The position numbers were made by a program, and so were the translations under genes. Shown in pieces: positions 18,594-29,162 of a DNA stretch of 64,000 nucleotides; position 1 is the stretch's first letter; every line of letters starts with the position of its first letter. The stretch is from Rhodospirillales bacterium (GTDB lineage Bacteria > Pseudomonadota > Alphaproteobacteria > TMED109). The notes under the pieces are model-generated. The model saw nothing but the letters and a program-made list of their open reading frames with translations, was not told the origin of the DNA and made no database searches. The DNA lies in the NCBI GenBank assembly GCA_009839325.1, contig VXPW01000022.1:28038-92037 (forward strand), in the 5' to 3' direction.

Positions 18594-19372
18594 TTGCGCG
18601 ACCGACTCTTCATGATTGCTTCGTAGGCGCCGTTGATGGCGGCGAGTCGTTCGGTGGCGTGCTCGATCAGCTCGTCAGGCAGTCCCTTGGACACCAGATG
18701 GTCGGGATGAAACTTGCGCACCAAGCTCCGGTGCGCCGACTTGATTTCATCGTCGGACGCCGTCGGAGCGACGCCCAGCACCTCGTAGTTCGAAGTATCG
18801 GTGGCACCCTGCATCCCATTCCCGGCCGTCCCCTGATGCCGGGCCCGTACCGATGCCACCTCCGAATCGCTGAAGCCGAAGATGCGACCGATTTCACGAA
18901 TGATCCGATCTTCGTTCGGATGAAACACGCCGTCGGCAGCAGCAATCGTGAACAGGCAGTCCAGAATCTGTGCGCACCGTTCGTCCCGCGACCCGAGAAT
19001 CGCGGCCAACTGTTGGGCATATTGTTCGAAACCATCGGAGGACTGCCTGGCCTCGTTGTAGATGGCCGCCACTCTCGCTTCATCGCGCGACGGGAAATGA
19101 AAAACACGGCGGAACGCCCGTATTTCATCTGGCGTCACGCGTCCGTCGGCCTTGGCGACTTTCGCAGACAGCCCGATCAATCCGACGGAGAAGGCAACCT
19201 GGGCCTCCGCCTGATTCCCAGTCACCCCGGCGTTCGGACCTGCCAACGTCCGCCGTTCGCTTTCCCGGAAGCGGTCGAACAAGTGCCCGCCTCCCGCTCC
19301 GATGAGGGCGCCGATCGGCCCCCCTATCGCGAAACCCAAGGTCCCGCCGAGCAATGTACCTAGAAATGCCAT
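18590..19372 (-). CDS. djlA: Membrane-anchored co-chaperone DjlA (TerB-like domain plus C-terminal J domain)
   Basis: ORF 18590..19372(-). It has a Gly-rich N-terminal TM helix, a TerB-like middle region, and a J domain with an HPD motif (YEVLGVAPTASDDEIKSAHRSLVRKFHPDH). Confidence 0.8.
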   Translation of the reverse strand: MAFLGTLLGGTLGFAIGGPIGALIGAGGGHLFDRFRESERRTLAGPNAGVTGNQAEAQVAFSVGLIGLSAKVAKADGRVTPDEIRAFRRVFHFPSRDEARVAAIYNEARQSSDGFEQYAQQLAAILGSRDERCAQILDCLFTIAAADGVFHPNEDRIIREIGRIFGFSDSEVASVRARHQGTAGNGMQGATDTSNYEVLGVAPTASDDEIKSAHRSLVRKFHPDHLVSKGLPDELIEHATERLAAINGAYEAIMKSRSRK

Positions 19373-19796
19373 CGAATCCGCTCGCGGGTGCCCTTTGGCG
19401 GCCGCACCCTGAGGGCGGGAGTTGTCCGCTCTGGATGCGCTGGCATTCTATTATCGGCGCAAGTGTTGACAAATTGTGAGTCGTCAGCGCTCCGCCACAG
19501 ACCCTGTCATTTGGCAGGCTGCAGAATCGCCCATCTGAACTCCGACACCGCCGCGAACTCCAGCGACCGATCACGCCCCATCTCTTGCCTCGGTTCCGCG
19601 CATCGCGTGTCTCGCGCCGCAGATGCTGCGCGGCCGAATGACCGCCGGCACCCGGTTGATATCATTCCGGCAGGCCGTCGGTCGGCCGTCGATCATGGGC
19701 ACCTAGTTCCGGAAACAGCCGGCAAGGCCCCGCGCGCTTTCGGATATGTTCGACCTTGGTTTGCGGGCCCTGCCCGCGCATGGCTTCCTGCAGGAA

Positions 19797-22700
19797 ATGG
19801 GCACATCGCACGGCTGGCAGTTCTGGATTGACCGCGGCGGCACGTTCACCGACGTGGTAGCACTTGCCCCGAACGGCAAGCTGACGGCGAGGAAGCTGCT
19901 TTCCAACAATCCCGGACACTACCGGGACGCGGCCGTGGCCGGCATTCGCGCCGTGCTCGGCGTCGGTGCGGGCGAGCCCATCCCCGGCGGCTCGGTCAGT
20001 TCGGTTCGGATGGGGACCACGGTAGCGACAAACGCGCTCCTGGAGCGCAAGGGACAGCCCGTGGTGCTGTGCGTCACGCACGGCTTCGGCGACGCCCTGC
20101 AGATCGGCACCCAGGCACGGCCCGACATTTTCGCCCGCCGCATCGAACGACCGAAGTTGCCTTATGCCAAGGTGATCGAAATCGACGAGCGCATCAGTGC
20201 GAGTGGAGAAGTGCTGGTGCCGCTCGATGCGGTCTCCGCCGAACGGATGCTGCGGCGGGCCGCCGACGACGGCTTCCAGTCAGTCGCCATCGTCCTGATG
20301 CACGGGTATCGCTATACCGAGCACGAACGCATGCTCGCCGACATCGCCCGCCGGTCCGGGTTCTCACAGGTGTCAGTTTCGCACGAAACTGTCCCGCTCA
20401 TGAAGCTCGTGAGTCGAGGCGGGACAACCGTGGCAGACGCCTACCTTTCACCGGTCCTCGATCGCTACATCCGGGAACTCCAGCGTGAACTCGACCGAAT
20501 TCCGCTGGCCTTCATGCAGTCCAACGGTGGATTGGCCTCGGCGGCACGTTTCCGGGGAAAGGACGCGATCCTTTCCGGTCCTGCTGGCGGCGTCGTCGGC
20601 GCGGCGCGGACAGCGCAGGCCGCAGACTTCACGCGGATCATCGGATTCGACATGGGCGGCACGTCCACCGACGTGAGCTATTTCGGCGGCAACCTTGAAA
20701 GGGTTGAAGAAGCAGAAGTTGCGGGGCTGCACCTGGCAACGCCATCGCTTCGGATTCAGACCGTTGCCGCCGGAGGCGGGTCAATCCTCCATTTCGACGG
20801 GGCGCGCTACATGGTTGGACCCGACAGCGCGGGCGCGGAGCCTGGCCCGGCCTGCTACCGGAATGGCGGTCCGCTCACCATCACGGACGCGAACTTGCTG
20901 CTGGGGCGGGTTCAGGCTGCGCACTTTCCGCCCGTGTTCGGGCCCGACGCTGACCTGCCGCTCGACGCCGCAGTCACCCGCCAGGCCTTCGAGGAACTGG
21001 CTGTGAAGGTGGGGACCACGGCGGAAAGTGTGGCTGAAGGGTTCCTGGAGGTGGCGGTGGCAAACATGTCCGCCGCTATCAAAAAGATTTCCGTCCAGCG
21101 CGGCTACGACGTCACGACCTGCGCCCTAGCCGGTTTCGGTGCGGCCGCTGGACAGCTTGCCTGCCGTGTCGCCGAAAACCTCGGCATGGAAGCGATTCTG
21201 CTGCATCCGCTCGCAGGCGTGCTGTCGGCGTACGGGATGGGTCTGGCCAACCTCTCCGCAATTCGCCAGCAGCCGGTCGGGCGTCAGCTCAACGACGACG
21301 ATCCTGAGCCGGCAGTGGCCGAACTGCAGGCTGCGGGAAGCGGCGCCGCCAATGAGATCTCCGCCGACGACCCGGCTGCAGAGGTCGAACTGACCCGGCG
21401 CCTTCGGGTTCGGTACGAAGGAACGAACACGGCACTCCAAGTCCCTGCCGGTACGGGCGCTCAGGTACGGCAGGAGTTCGAAACGCGCCATCGGCGACTG
21501 TTCGGCTTCCTGCACGAAGGCCGGGCCCTCCATATCGAAGCGGCCGAGGTCGAAGCCTCCACCCGGACCAACCCCCTTCCGGCGTCACGACTGTCCGCCG
21601 AGGACACACCGCCGGTTCCGATCGAGCACGTTGCACTGCATGACCGAGGGACTCACCTTCGGGTCCCGCTGTACCGCCGTTCCGACCTGGGCGCCGGTAG
21701 CTTGCTGAGCGGGCCAGCGATTCTGGTCGAACCGACGGCCACGACCGTTGTCGACGCCGGCTGGCGGGCCCGGATGCTGCCCGACGGGCAACTGTTGCTG
21801 GAGCGCGGGTCAACCAAACAGCGGCGCCGCAGGGAAGAGACCGACGTTGACCCGGTTCTGCTCGAGGTGTTCAACGGCCTGTTCATGTCCGCCGCGGAGC
21901 AAATGGGATCGGTGCTCCGTAACACCGCGCACTCGGTCAACATCAAGGAGCGCCTCGACTTTTCGTGCGCAGTTTTCGATCAAACCGGCGCGCTGGTAGC
22001 GAATGCGCCGCACATCCCGGTGCATCTCGGTTCAATGGGCGAAGCGGTTGTCGCTGTTCGCGACGCCTACGCCGGTGCGCTGCGCCCGGGGGACGCCTTC
22101 CTTCACAATGCGCCGTACCGAGGCGGCACGCACCTGCCTGACCTCACGGTGGTAACGCCCGTCTTCGACCGCGCTGGCGACCAGATCCTGTTCTTTGTCG
22201 CAAGCCGGGCTCACCACGCCGATATCGGAGGCATCACGCCGGGCTCCATGCCGGCAAACAGTACGAACGTTTGCGAAGAGGGCATCCTGTTCGATGCGCT
22301 GCCAATTCTCTCCCAGGGACGTCTACTGGAGGAGGGACTGCGCCGCCATCTCGCGGCGGGACGCTGGCCGGCCCGCAACCCTGACCAGAATCTCGCCGAC
22401 CTGTCCGCACAACTGGCGGCCAGCGAGCGCGGGATCCAAGAGCTGCACGCCATGATCGAGGAATTTGGCCTGGCGACAGTGCACGCCTACATGGAGCACG
22501 TCCAGCGGCACGCGGAGGAACAGGTCCGGCGTCTGCTGACTCGACTGCAGCCCGGAACGGCCGAGGTCCAGCTCGATGACGGGGCCCTCATTCGCGTGCA
22601 GATCACCGTAAATCGTGAACAGCGCACAGCGCTCATCGACTTTGCCGGGACGTCGCCGCAACTTGCCAACAACTTCAATGCTCCGAGCGCGGTTGCCCGA

Positions 22701-23375
22701 TCAGCCGTCCTGTACGTGCTGCGGGTGTTGATCGAACGACAGATTCCGCTCAACCACGGCTGCCTCGTCCCCGTGGAAATCCGTATTCCGGAGCGGTCGC
22801 TGCTCGCTCCGTCCCATCCCGCCGCCGTCGCAGCAGGCAACGTGGAAACCAGCCAAGCCATTGTCGACGTCCTGTTCGCGGCGCTGGGCGTGCAGGCACA
22901 CAGCTACGGTACGGTCAGTAACTTCACGTTCGGAACGCAGGCATTCGGATACTATGAGACGATCTGCGGAGGCGGAGGCGCCGGGCCCGATCATCGCGGT
23001 GCCGACGCCGTGCATTGCCACATGACGAACACCCGCCTGACCGACCCCGAGGTGCTCGAAAACCGGTTCCCGGTGCAAGTCGACTCCTTCGCGATCCGGC
23101 GGGGCAGTGGTGGCGGCGGGTGCTACCGAGGCGGAGACGGCACGGTCCGGCGAATCCGATTTCTGGCCCCCATGACGGCCGGGATTCTGTCCAATCGAAG
23201 GCGGGTGCCCCCGCGCGGCCTGGCGGGTGGCGGCGACGGCGCGCTCGGCATCAATTCTCTGCTGCGGCGTGATGGTACGGTCGAACGACTGCCAGGCAGC
23301 GCTTCCCGCGAGGTCTGCCCGGGCGACGTCATGGTGATCGAGACCCCGGGCGGAGGTGGGTTCGGCCGTGCGTGA
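19797..23375 (+). CDS. 5-oxoprolinase / hydantoinase A-B fusion (ATP-hydrolysing)
   Basis: ORF 19746..23375(+), about 1200 aa. The N-terminus [15 protein letters not shown] is typical of the hydantoinase_A/oxoprolinase family, and the C-terminal half is hydantoinase_B-like. The start is ATG 19797 or ATG 19746. Confidence 0.85.
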   Translation: MGTSHGWQFWIDRGGTFTDVVALAPNGKLTARKLLSNNPGHYRDAAVAGIRAVLGVGAGEPIPGGSVSSVRMGTTVATNALLERKGQPVVLCVTHGFGDALQIGTQARPDIFARRIERPKLPYAKVIEIDERISASGEVLVPLDAVSAERMLRRAADDGFQSVAIVLMHGYRYTEHERMLADIARRSGFSQVSVSHETVPLMKLVSRGGTTVADAYLSPVLDRYIRELQRELDRIPLAFMQSNGGLASAARFRGKDAILSGPAGGVVGAARTAQAADFTRIIGFDMGGTSTDVSYFGGNLERVEEAEVAGLHLATPSLRIQTVAAGGGSILHFDGARYMVGPDSAGAEPGPACYRNGGPLTITDANLLLGRVQAAHFPPVFGPDADLPLDAAVTRQAFEELAVKVGTTAESVAEGFLEVAVANMSAAIKKISVQRGYDVTTCALAGFGAAAGQLACRVAENLGMEAILLHPLAGVLSAYGMGLANLSAIRQQPVGRQLNDDDPEPAVAELQAAGSGAANEISADDPAAEVELTRRLRVRYEGTNTALQVPAGTGAQVRQEFETRHRRLFGFLHEGRALHIEAAEVEASTRTNPLPASRLSAEDTPPVPIEHVALHDRGTHLRVPLYRRSDLGAGSLLSGPAILVEPTATTVVDAGWRARMLPDGQLLLERGSTKQRRRREETDVDPVLLEVFNGLFMSAAEQMGSVLRNTAHSVNIKERLDFSCAVFDQTGALVANAPHIPVHLGSMGEAVVAVRDAYAGALRPGDAFLHNAPYRGGTHLPDLTVVTPVFDRAGDQILFFVASRAHHADIGGITPGSMPANSTNVCEEGILFDALPILSQGRLLEEGLRRHLAAGRWPARNPDQNLADLSAQLAASERGIQELHAMIEEFGLATVHAYMEHVQRHAEEQVRRLLTRLQPGTAEVQLDDGALIRVQITVNREQRTALIDFAGTSPQLANNFNAPSAVARSAVLYVLRVLIERQIPLNHGCLVPVEIRIPERSLLAPSHPAAVAAGNVETSQAIVDVLFAALGVQAHSYGTVSNFTFGTQAFGYYETICGGGGAGPDHRGADAVHCHMTNTRLTDPEVLENRFPVQVDSFAIRRGSGGGGCYRGGDGTVRRIRFLAPMTAGILSNRRRVPPRGLAGGGDGALGINSLLRRDGTVERLPGSASREVCPGDVMVIETPGGGGFGRA

Positions 23376-23406
23376 GACACCGAGGCGCCGCCGGCAATAT
23401 GCGCGG

Positions 23407-24126
23407 ATGGCGACCGTCCTCCTTCTTGGCGTCGTGAACTCCCTTCCGGCGACCGCCGCCGCGCCGGCGGACCCGCTCGAGCCGCTGAACCGGGCGGTCT
23501 TCGAGGTCAACCGCGAACTTGACCGCTTCGTGCTCCGTCCGACGACCGTGGTCTACCGGTTCGCCGTCCCGACAGCGGTGCGACGGGGCATCGGCCAGTT
23601 CCTGGACAACCTGCTGGAACCTGTCTACGCGCTGAACGCGCTACTCCAAGGGAACGCCGCCGGCCTCGAGGTTGCGATCTCGCGGTTTTTGCTCAACACG
23701 TTCGTCGGCTTCGGCGGGCTGATCGACGTTGCGGCGGAGGCCGGCATCCGCGGCGACTCGCACGGATTCGGCCAGACGCTGGCCCACTGGGGCGTCGAGC
23801 CCGGCCCCTATCTCGTTCTCCCGCTGCTGGGCCCATCAACGGTGCGGGAGCTGGCGGGCACGGGGATCGATGCGTTTTCGACGCCGCACTACTACCTGGT
23901 GCGAACCTCGGGGATGAGCGCCACGTTCCAGGCTGCGGAAACCGGCTTTCGGGCGGTGACGTTTCGTGACCGGCACTTCGAACAGATCGATACCGGGTTC
24001 GCGGGTTCACTCGACGCCTACGCGTCTGCACGGAGTGTGTACCTGCAGGTGCTTCATGCCCGCGGCGTCACGGACGAGGATTTGGTGGGCGAAGCTGAGC
24101 TGGACTTCGACGCGTTCGAGGAGTAG
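23407..24126 (+). CDS. mlaA: MlaA/VacJ-family outer-membrane lipid-asymmetry protein
   Basis: ORF 23356..24126(+). Contains DPLEPLNRAVFEVNRELDRFVLRPTTVVYRFAVP and RRGIGQFLDNLLEPVYALNALLQG, which are typical of MlaA. The start is uncertain (GTG 23356, GTG 23368, ATG 23407). No lipobox Cys is visible in the signal region. Confidence 0.75.
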   Translation: MATVLLLGVVNSLPATAAAPADPLEPLNRAVFEVNRELDRFVLRPTTVVYRFAVPTAVRRGIGQFLDNLLEPVYALNALLQGNAAGLEVAISRFLLNTFVGFGGLIDVAAEAGIRGDSHGFGQTLAHWGVEPGPYLVLPLLGPSTVRELAGTGIDAFSTPHYYLVRTSGMSATFQAAETGFRAVTFRDRHFEQIDTGFAGSLDAYASARSVYLQVLHARGVTDEDLVGEAELDFDAFEE

Positions 24127-24498
24127 TGCGCGGCAGCGGAACTCTACCGCCATGTCGCCGCGGCAATCGCTGTCGCTGCCGACGGAATGCGGAGGAGAGC
24201 CCGCTGAACGGCGCGCCCGGCGCCCCCCGGTGGCTCAGTGCGCAGGGCGGTCCCGGTATCGCTGATCCAGTGCCCGCTGAGCGCCGGCGCCCGTTCGGAG
24301 ACATTGCTTGGGCATCGCAAGGCGTCTCAACGGACGGCGTTCGGCGTCAGCTAGCACCGATTCGGCGCGCGCACGAGGAGTCCGCGAAGGAGACAGCCGC
24401 CCTCGGCATGGCTGCGGACTGATGGCACGGACACCAGGGAAGCTTCTCGGTGCCGGGCTGTGGCCTTGGCCGGCGCCCACGCTCCGGCCGCCCGAATC

Positions 24499-25293
24499 TC
24501 AGCGGCCCTGGAAGCGAGGCTCCCGCTTTTCCATGAATGCCTGCCGACCCTCCACGTAGTCAGCACTAGCGAAGCATTCGGCGACGAGGCGCTCGCAAAG
24601 GGCCCGGTCGCGCTGGTCCGAGTCCTTAAGTACCTCGGTCACGATCTGCTTCGAGGCACGGACGGTCAGCGGCGCGTTGGCTGCGATCATGCGGGCGCAA
24701 TCGGCGACAGCCGGTTCCAGCTCCTCCGCTGCCACCACGCGGTTCACGAGGCCAAGCGCGATGGCCTCGGCGGCGCCGAAACGCCTGGCCGTAAACATGA
24801 TGTCCTTGGCCGCAGCCGGCCCCACGATGCCTACGAGAACCTTGAGACTGCTGTAGTCGTAACCGAGCCCGAGGCGGGCTGCAGGAATCCCGAAACGGGA
24901 ATGGTCCGCGGCGATGCGAAGGTCGCACGCAAGCGCCAAGCCGAGCCCGCCGCCGACGCAATAGCCGCCGATCTCAGCGATGGTAGGCTTCGGACAGTTG
25001 CCAAGGGCATTGTGTGCTGCGGCAGTCGCATGGTTGTAGCTGTCGGCAGTGTCCCGTTGCCGCTTGCGCTCGAATTCTGAGATGTCCGCGCCTGCGGAAA
25101 ACGCCTTGCCGCCCGCTCCACTGACGACGACTACCCGCACGCCTTCGTCCGCAGAAAAGGCCTGCATTGCTGTAGCGATTCCGCGCCACATTTCGTAGTC
25201 GATGACGTTGTGTTTCTCCGGCCGATTCAGGATGAGCCGGGCGACGCCTTCAGACGTCTTCGCGATCAGGGAAGTCGGCAGTGCAACAGGCAT
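24499..25293 (-). CDS. Enoyl-CoA hydratase/isomerase family protein
   Basis: ORF 24499..25368(-). It has the crotonase fold motif VVVVSGAGGKAFSAGADISEF and GGYCVGGGLGLALACDLRIA. The likely start is ATG 25293 (MPVALPT). Confidence 0.85.
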   Translation of the reverse strand: MPVALPTSLIAKTSEGVARLILNRPEKHNVIDYEMWRGIATAMQAFSADEGVRVVVVSGAGGKAFSAGADISEFERKRQRDTADSYNHATAAAHNALGNCPKPTIAEIGGYCVGGGLGLALACDLRIAADHSRFGIPAARLGLGYDYSSLKVLVGIVGPAAAKDIMFTARRFGAAEAIALGLVNRVVAAEELEPAVADCARMIAANAPLTVRASKQIVTEVLKDSDQRDRALCERLVAECFASADYVEGRQAFMEKREPRFQGR

Positions 25294-25380
25294 CGATCGG
25301 TTTCCTGCAAAATTTGTTCGTCTGAAACTACCCGCTGAGCCGAAGCCGCCCGCGCAATCGCACTGCAATTCGGCTGGTGC

Positions 25381-26568
25381 TCAGATAATCCCCTGGTCCT
25401 GAAGGGTGCGTAACTCGTCTTGGCCGATGCCAAGTTGGCCAAACACCTCAGCGTTGTGCTGCCCCCGCTCAGGAGCGGGCTGAAACGGCGAATCAGGGAC
25501 GCGACTAAGCCGGATCGGCTGGTTGACCAAGGCCAGCTCACCCAAGCGGGGATGCGAGACCGGACGGGCCATACCGAGATGTTCCACCTGCGGATCGGCG
25601 AACGTCTCATCGATCCGATAGATGGGGCCGCAAGGCACGCCGGCTTCATTGAGGATCCGGATCCAATAGCCGCTGGTTTCACTGCCCAGGCAAGTCTCAA
25701 GCTCGCGATGCAACGCATCGCGGTTGTCGGAGCGGGCCTCCGCAGACACGAAGCGCGGGTCTTCCACCAGATGCCCGGCTTTGAGCGCTTGGCACAGCCG
25801 CCGCCAGATGACCTCACCCGACGCTGCGATATTGATATGCCCGTCTGCCGTCCGGAAGACACCGGTAGGCATACTGGTCGGGTGATTGTTGCCAGCCTGC
25901 GGCGGCACTTCCTGATCCATGAGCCAGCGCACCGCCTGGAAGTCGAGCATCGCGATCTGGGCTTGGAGGAGAGACGTGCCCACCCACTGCCCCTCGCCAG
26001 TTTGCTCGCGCTCCAGCAGAGCCATCACGATCCCGAACGCGCAGTAAATTCCGGCGCTCAAGTCCGCGACCGGTATACCGGCCCGTACCGGCCCCTGGCC
26101 AGGAAGACCCGTGACGGACATAAGGCCGCCCATGCCTTGCGCAATCTGATCAAACCCTGGCCGTCCGGCATACGGGCCGTCCTCGCCGAAACCGGAAATG
26201 CTCGCGTAAACCAGTCCGGCGTTGACCCGACTGAGCGTCGGGTAGTCAATGCCCAAGCGACCCTTCACATCCGGTCGGTAATTCTCCACCAGGACATCCG
26301 CATTGGACACGAGCCGGTGAAACAGCGCCAAGCCACGCGCGTCCTTCAGGTTGAGTGTGACGGCGCGCTTGTTGCGCTGCAGGTTCTGAAAATCCGAACC
26401 ATCCCGCCTGCCGCCCAAGCTAGCCGAGGTGTCGACAGGTTCCGGTGGCTCGATCTTGATCACGTCGGCGCCCCAGTCGGCCAGCTGGCGCACCGCGGTC
26501 GGGCCTGCTCGCACGCGCGTCAGATCCAGCACGGTGAATCGGGACAGTGGGCCTTCTCGGAGCGGCAT
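25381..26568 (-). CDS. Family III CoA-transferase (CaiB/BaiF type)
   Basis: ORF 25381..26829(-), trimmed to ATG 26568 (MPLREGPLSRFTVLDLTRVRAGPTAVRQLADWGADVIKIEPP). The upstream 87 codons are Arg/Pro-rich and look non-coding. Confidence 0.85.
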   Translation of the reverse strand: MPLREGPLSRFTVLDLTRVRAGPTAVRQLADWGADVIKIEPPEPVDTSASLGGRRDGSDFQNLQRNKRAVTLNLKDARGLALFHRLVSNADVLVENYRPDVKGRLGIDYPTLSRVNAGLVYASISGFGEDGPYAGRPGFDQIAQGMGGLMSVTGLPGQGPVRAGIPVADLSAGIYCAFGIVMALLEREQTGEGQWVGTSLLQAQIAMLDFQAVRWLMDQEVPPQAGNNHPTSMPTGVFRTADGHINIAASGEVIWRRLCQALKAGHLVEDPRFVSAEARSDNRDALHRELETCLGSETSGYWIRILNEAGVPCGPIYRIDETFADPQVEHLGMARPVSHPRLGELALVNQPIRLSRVPDSPFQPAPERGQHNAEVFGQLGIGQDELRTLQDQGII

Positions 26569-26801
26569 CGCGGTTCCCGCCTCTGGCGTTGGGTTGTCCG
26601 GTCGCGCTGCATTGTGCCCGATTCGGGCGCCCGCGCGCCAACCCGAGCACCGCAAGACGCGGAAGCGCCGGCGCGATGCGCGCTGGGGAGACCGCGTCGC
26701 CGTGCCCCCGGGCTGGGGCGTCGGAAATGGACGCACCGAGTTCCACTCGCTGGAAGCAACTGGGTATCGTCGCGCGCCGCTCCGAACCCCGGCATAAATC
26801 A

Positions 26802-26830
26802 TTGAATCGACGTTGACGCAGCGATACATT
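26802..26830 (+). promoter_or_regulatory. Weak candidate promoter for the MlaC-like gene (TTGAAT-N17-TACATT)
   Basis: TTGAAT (26802-26807), a 17-nt spacer, then TACATT (26825-26830), about 65 nt upstream of ATG 26895. This is a sequence-pattern match only. Confidence 0.25.
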
Positions 26831-26894
26831 CCACGGGTTGCTTGGCACGGTCAACGCTACCGGCCTACCCACTGGTCCACATTATCGTACGGAT

Positions 26895-27554
26895 ATGTTT
26901 GGCGGGGGCGCCGAAGCGCATGGCGCGATCACCATCCTGAGTTCCGCAACATTGCGCCTCGGCCTCATCGGGCTCGGAAGCCTCGTCGTGGCCATCGCAT
27001 CGGCGTCAGCAGACACCGAAGCAGACCATCCGGCCGCAGTCCTGCTGACCAATTTGGCGCAGGATGTTGCGCCCCTGGTGTCATTCCCTGAAGAACGCCA
27101 GGAGGACCGCGCCCGTGCAGTGCGGCGCATGCTTCACGATTACTTCAACTTGCCCCTGATCGGGCGGGCCGTCCTCGGGCGACATTGGCGCACGATGTCC
27201 GACGCACAGAAACAAGCGTACCAACACGCGTTTGAGGACCACACGGTGCAGCTGGTGGACACGCAGTTGGATCGCATAGCGGGCGGATCTCTCACAATTT
27301 TGCGCACGGTTCCCAGGAATGATCGTGAGACCTTCGTGTACACGCTCTTTCGACGCGACGGAGACGAGCCGCTGGAAGTGCGCTGGCGATTTCGGAATCG
27401 GAAACAGGACGGCCAGCCGCGCATCGTCGAGGTGGCGGTCGAAGGCGTAAGCCTGTTCGCCACCAAGCGACAAGATTTTGCCGCCATCGTGGAAGCCGAA
27501 GGCATTGATGGATTGGTCGAAGCGCTTCGATCGATGAACGAGGCTTCGCCCTGA
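26895..27554 (+). CDS. MlaC/Ttg2D-family periplasmic phospholipid-binding protein
   Basis: ORF 26838..27554(+). It has a signal-like N-terminus, then LPLIGRAVLGRHWRTMSDAQKQAYQHAF ... VEVAVEGVSLFATKRQDFAAIVEAEGIDGLVEALR, which matches the MlaC family pattern. Confidence 0.7.
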   Translation: MFGGGAEAHGAITILSSATLRLGLIGLGSLVVAIASASADTEADHPAAVLLTNLAQDVAPLVSFPEERQEDRARAVRRMLHDYFNLPLIGRAVLGRHWRTMSDAQKQAYQHAFEDHTVQLVDTQLDRIAGGSLTILRTVPRNDRETFVYTLFRRDGDEPLEVRWRFRNRKQDGQPRIVEVAVEGVSLFATKRQDFAAIVEAEGIDGLVEALRSMNEASP

Positions 27555-27628
27555 CTCCGCCCGAACCCGGAGCCCACGCTGTCGGAAGTGAACCCGAGCG
27601 TGGGCGTTTCGCAAAGACCGGGCTCGCG

Positions 27629-29089
27629 TTGGGCGTGCTTGCCGTCCTGCTGACGCTGACGGTGGAACCGCCAGAAGGACTGACCGTGCCCGCGTGGCGA
27701 CTGGTTGGCGTCACGTTGCTAATGGCCTGTTGGTGGATCTCCGAGGCGATCCCGATCCCGGCTACGGCGCTGGTCCCGCTCGCGCTGTTTCCTCTGCTCG
27801 GCATCACTTCAGTCAGCGAGGCCGGCGAGCCGTACGGTCACCGGGTGGTCTTCCTGCTGATGGGCGGTTTCATGATCGCGCTGGCTATGCAGCGGTGGGG
27901 GCTCCACCGGCGAATCGCATTGAACGTGGTGTCGCGGGTCGGTGGTGGGCCACGACGCGTGGTCGCAGGTTTCATGCTGCCGGCGGCCTTTCTCAGCATG
28001 TGGATCAGCAATACCGCTGCCGCCACGATGATGGTGCCGATAGGGCTGTCCGTGCTCGCCCTGTTTCAACAGGATCCCGGCATGAGCGACCGGGATAAGT
28101 CGGCCTTTGCTTGTGCGCTCATGCTCGGCATCGCCTTTGCGGCCAATGTGGGCGGAATGTCAACCCTGATCGGGACCCCGCCGAACGCAGTCCTGGCGGG
28201 TGTCATGCAGGAAACGTTCGGATACCAGATTGGCTTTGTCGAATGGTTGGCGGTCGGGTTGCCCATGACCATCGTGTTCCTGCCGCTGATCTGGATCGTC
28301 CTGACGTATGTCTGCTTTGCGGTGCCGGGTGGCGGCGGCGCACATCACCACGAGCGCATTGCGGCTGACACCCGCGCCCTCGGTCCCCTGTCGCGCGCCG
28401 AGATCACGGTCCTCCTGACATTGCTGGTAACCGCCGGGCTCTGGCTTGCCCGCCGCACGTTGAACGAACTGGCTCCGGGTCTGGGGATCAATGACACCAG
28501 CATCGCGGTGTGCGGCGCGCTCGCACTCTTCCTCATCCCGGTCGGCCGCGATGCAGAGGGCCGTCGGGAATTCGCGCTCAACTGGGCAACCGCGATGCGA
28601 CTGCCTTGGGGGGTCATTCTCCTGTTGGGGGGCGGCTTCTCGCTCGCAGCGGCTATCAAGTCCACCGGTCTCGCGACCTGGATCGGTGATGGCACGACCG
28701 TGGTCGCTGTCCTGCCTGTGCTCGGCCTCCTGTTCCTGGTCACCCTGCTGGTTGTGTTCTTGACCGAGATAAATTCGAATACGGCGACCACGGCGACGTT
28801 CATTCCGGTTCTGGCGGCGGTGGCCGTGAGTATCGGCGAGAATCCGTTGCTCCTTTGCATTCCGGCCACGTTCGCGGCTTCCGCAGCCTTTATGTTGCCG
28901 ATTGCTACGGCCCCGAACGCCGTCGTCTTCGCATCAGGCCACGTGCCCAGCTCCTCGATGCTCCGCGCCGGCCTCGTCCTCAATCCTCTTGCCACGCTCG
29001 TCATCGTCGCCCTTCTGTGGTTTCTTCTCGGGCCCGCACTTGGCGTGGTTCCCGGCGAGTTCCCCGACTGGGCCGTCAATCCAGCCTGA
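27629..29089 (+). CDS. DASS/SLC13-family anion:sodium symporter
   Basis: ORF 27629..29089(+), TTG start in the track. It is a polytopic membrane protein with WWISEAIPIPATALVPLALFPLLGI and a repeated hairpin-like motif later on (SNTATTATFIPV). The true start may lie upstream. Confidence 0.8.
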   Translation: MGVLAVLLTLTVEPPEGLTVPAWRLVGVTLLMACWWISEAIPIPATALVPLALFPLLGITSVSEAGEPYGHRVVFLLMGGFMIALAMQRWGLHRRIALNVVSRVGGGPRRVVAGFMLPAAFLSMWISNTAAATMMVPIGLSVLALFQQDPGMSDRDKSAFACALMLGIAFAANVGGMSTLIGTPPNAVLAGVMQETFGYQIGFVEWLAVGLPMTIVFLPLIWIVLTYVCFAVPGGGGAHHHERIAADTRALGPLSRAEITVLLTLLVTAGLWLARRTLNELAPGLGINDTSIAVCGALALFLIPVGRDAEGRREFALNWATAMRLPWGVILLLGGGFSLAAAIKSTGLATWIGDGTTVVAVLPVLGLLFLVTLLVVFLTEINSNTATTATFIPVLAAVAVSIGENPLLLCIPATFAASAAFMLPIATAPNAVVFASGHVPSSSMLRAGLVLNPLATLVIVALLWFLLGPALGVVPGEFPDWAVNPA

Positions 29090-29162
29090 CCCGGGAGTTC
29101 CGGCACAGGCCTGTGGTCCCCGGAAGAAAGCGGTGCCCTCGCGAAGGAGCTGAATCGATCGT

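Noticed and set aside
17269-18626. Plus-strand ORFs of 176, 231 and 410 aa
   Set aside because: They overlap rnpB, whose universal RNase P elements lie on the minus strand, and the amidase gene. Their translations are low-complexity Arg/Pro/Gly.
24127-24498. Small ORFs (63-98 aa) in the convergent gap between mlaA and the enoyl-CoA hydratase gene
   Set aside because: They have no ribosome-binding sites or motifs, and their composition is Arg/Pro/Gly-rich. I found no convincing hairpin either, so the region is left unannotated.
25420-26805. 461-aa plus-strand ORF
   Set aside because: It is antisense to the family III CoA-transferase gene. It is a shadow ORF with no recognisable domain.
29091-29135. 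Imperfect palindrome ttccgg-cacaggcctgtg-gtcc-ccggaa after the symporter gene
   Set aside because: It is short and imperfect, with no U-tract. It could be a weak terminator or operator, but the evidence is too thin to call it a feature.
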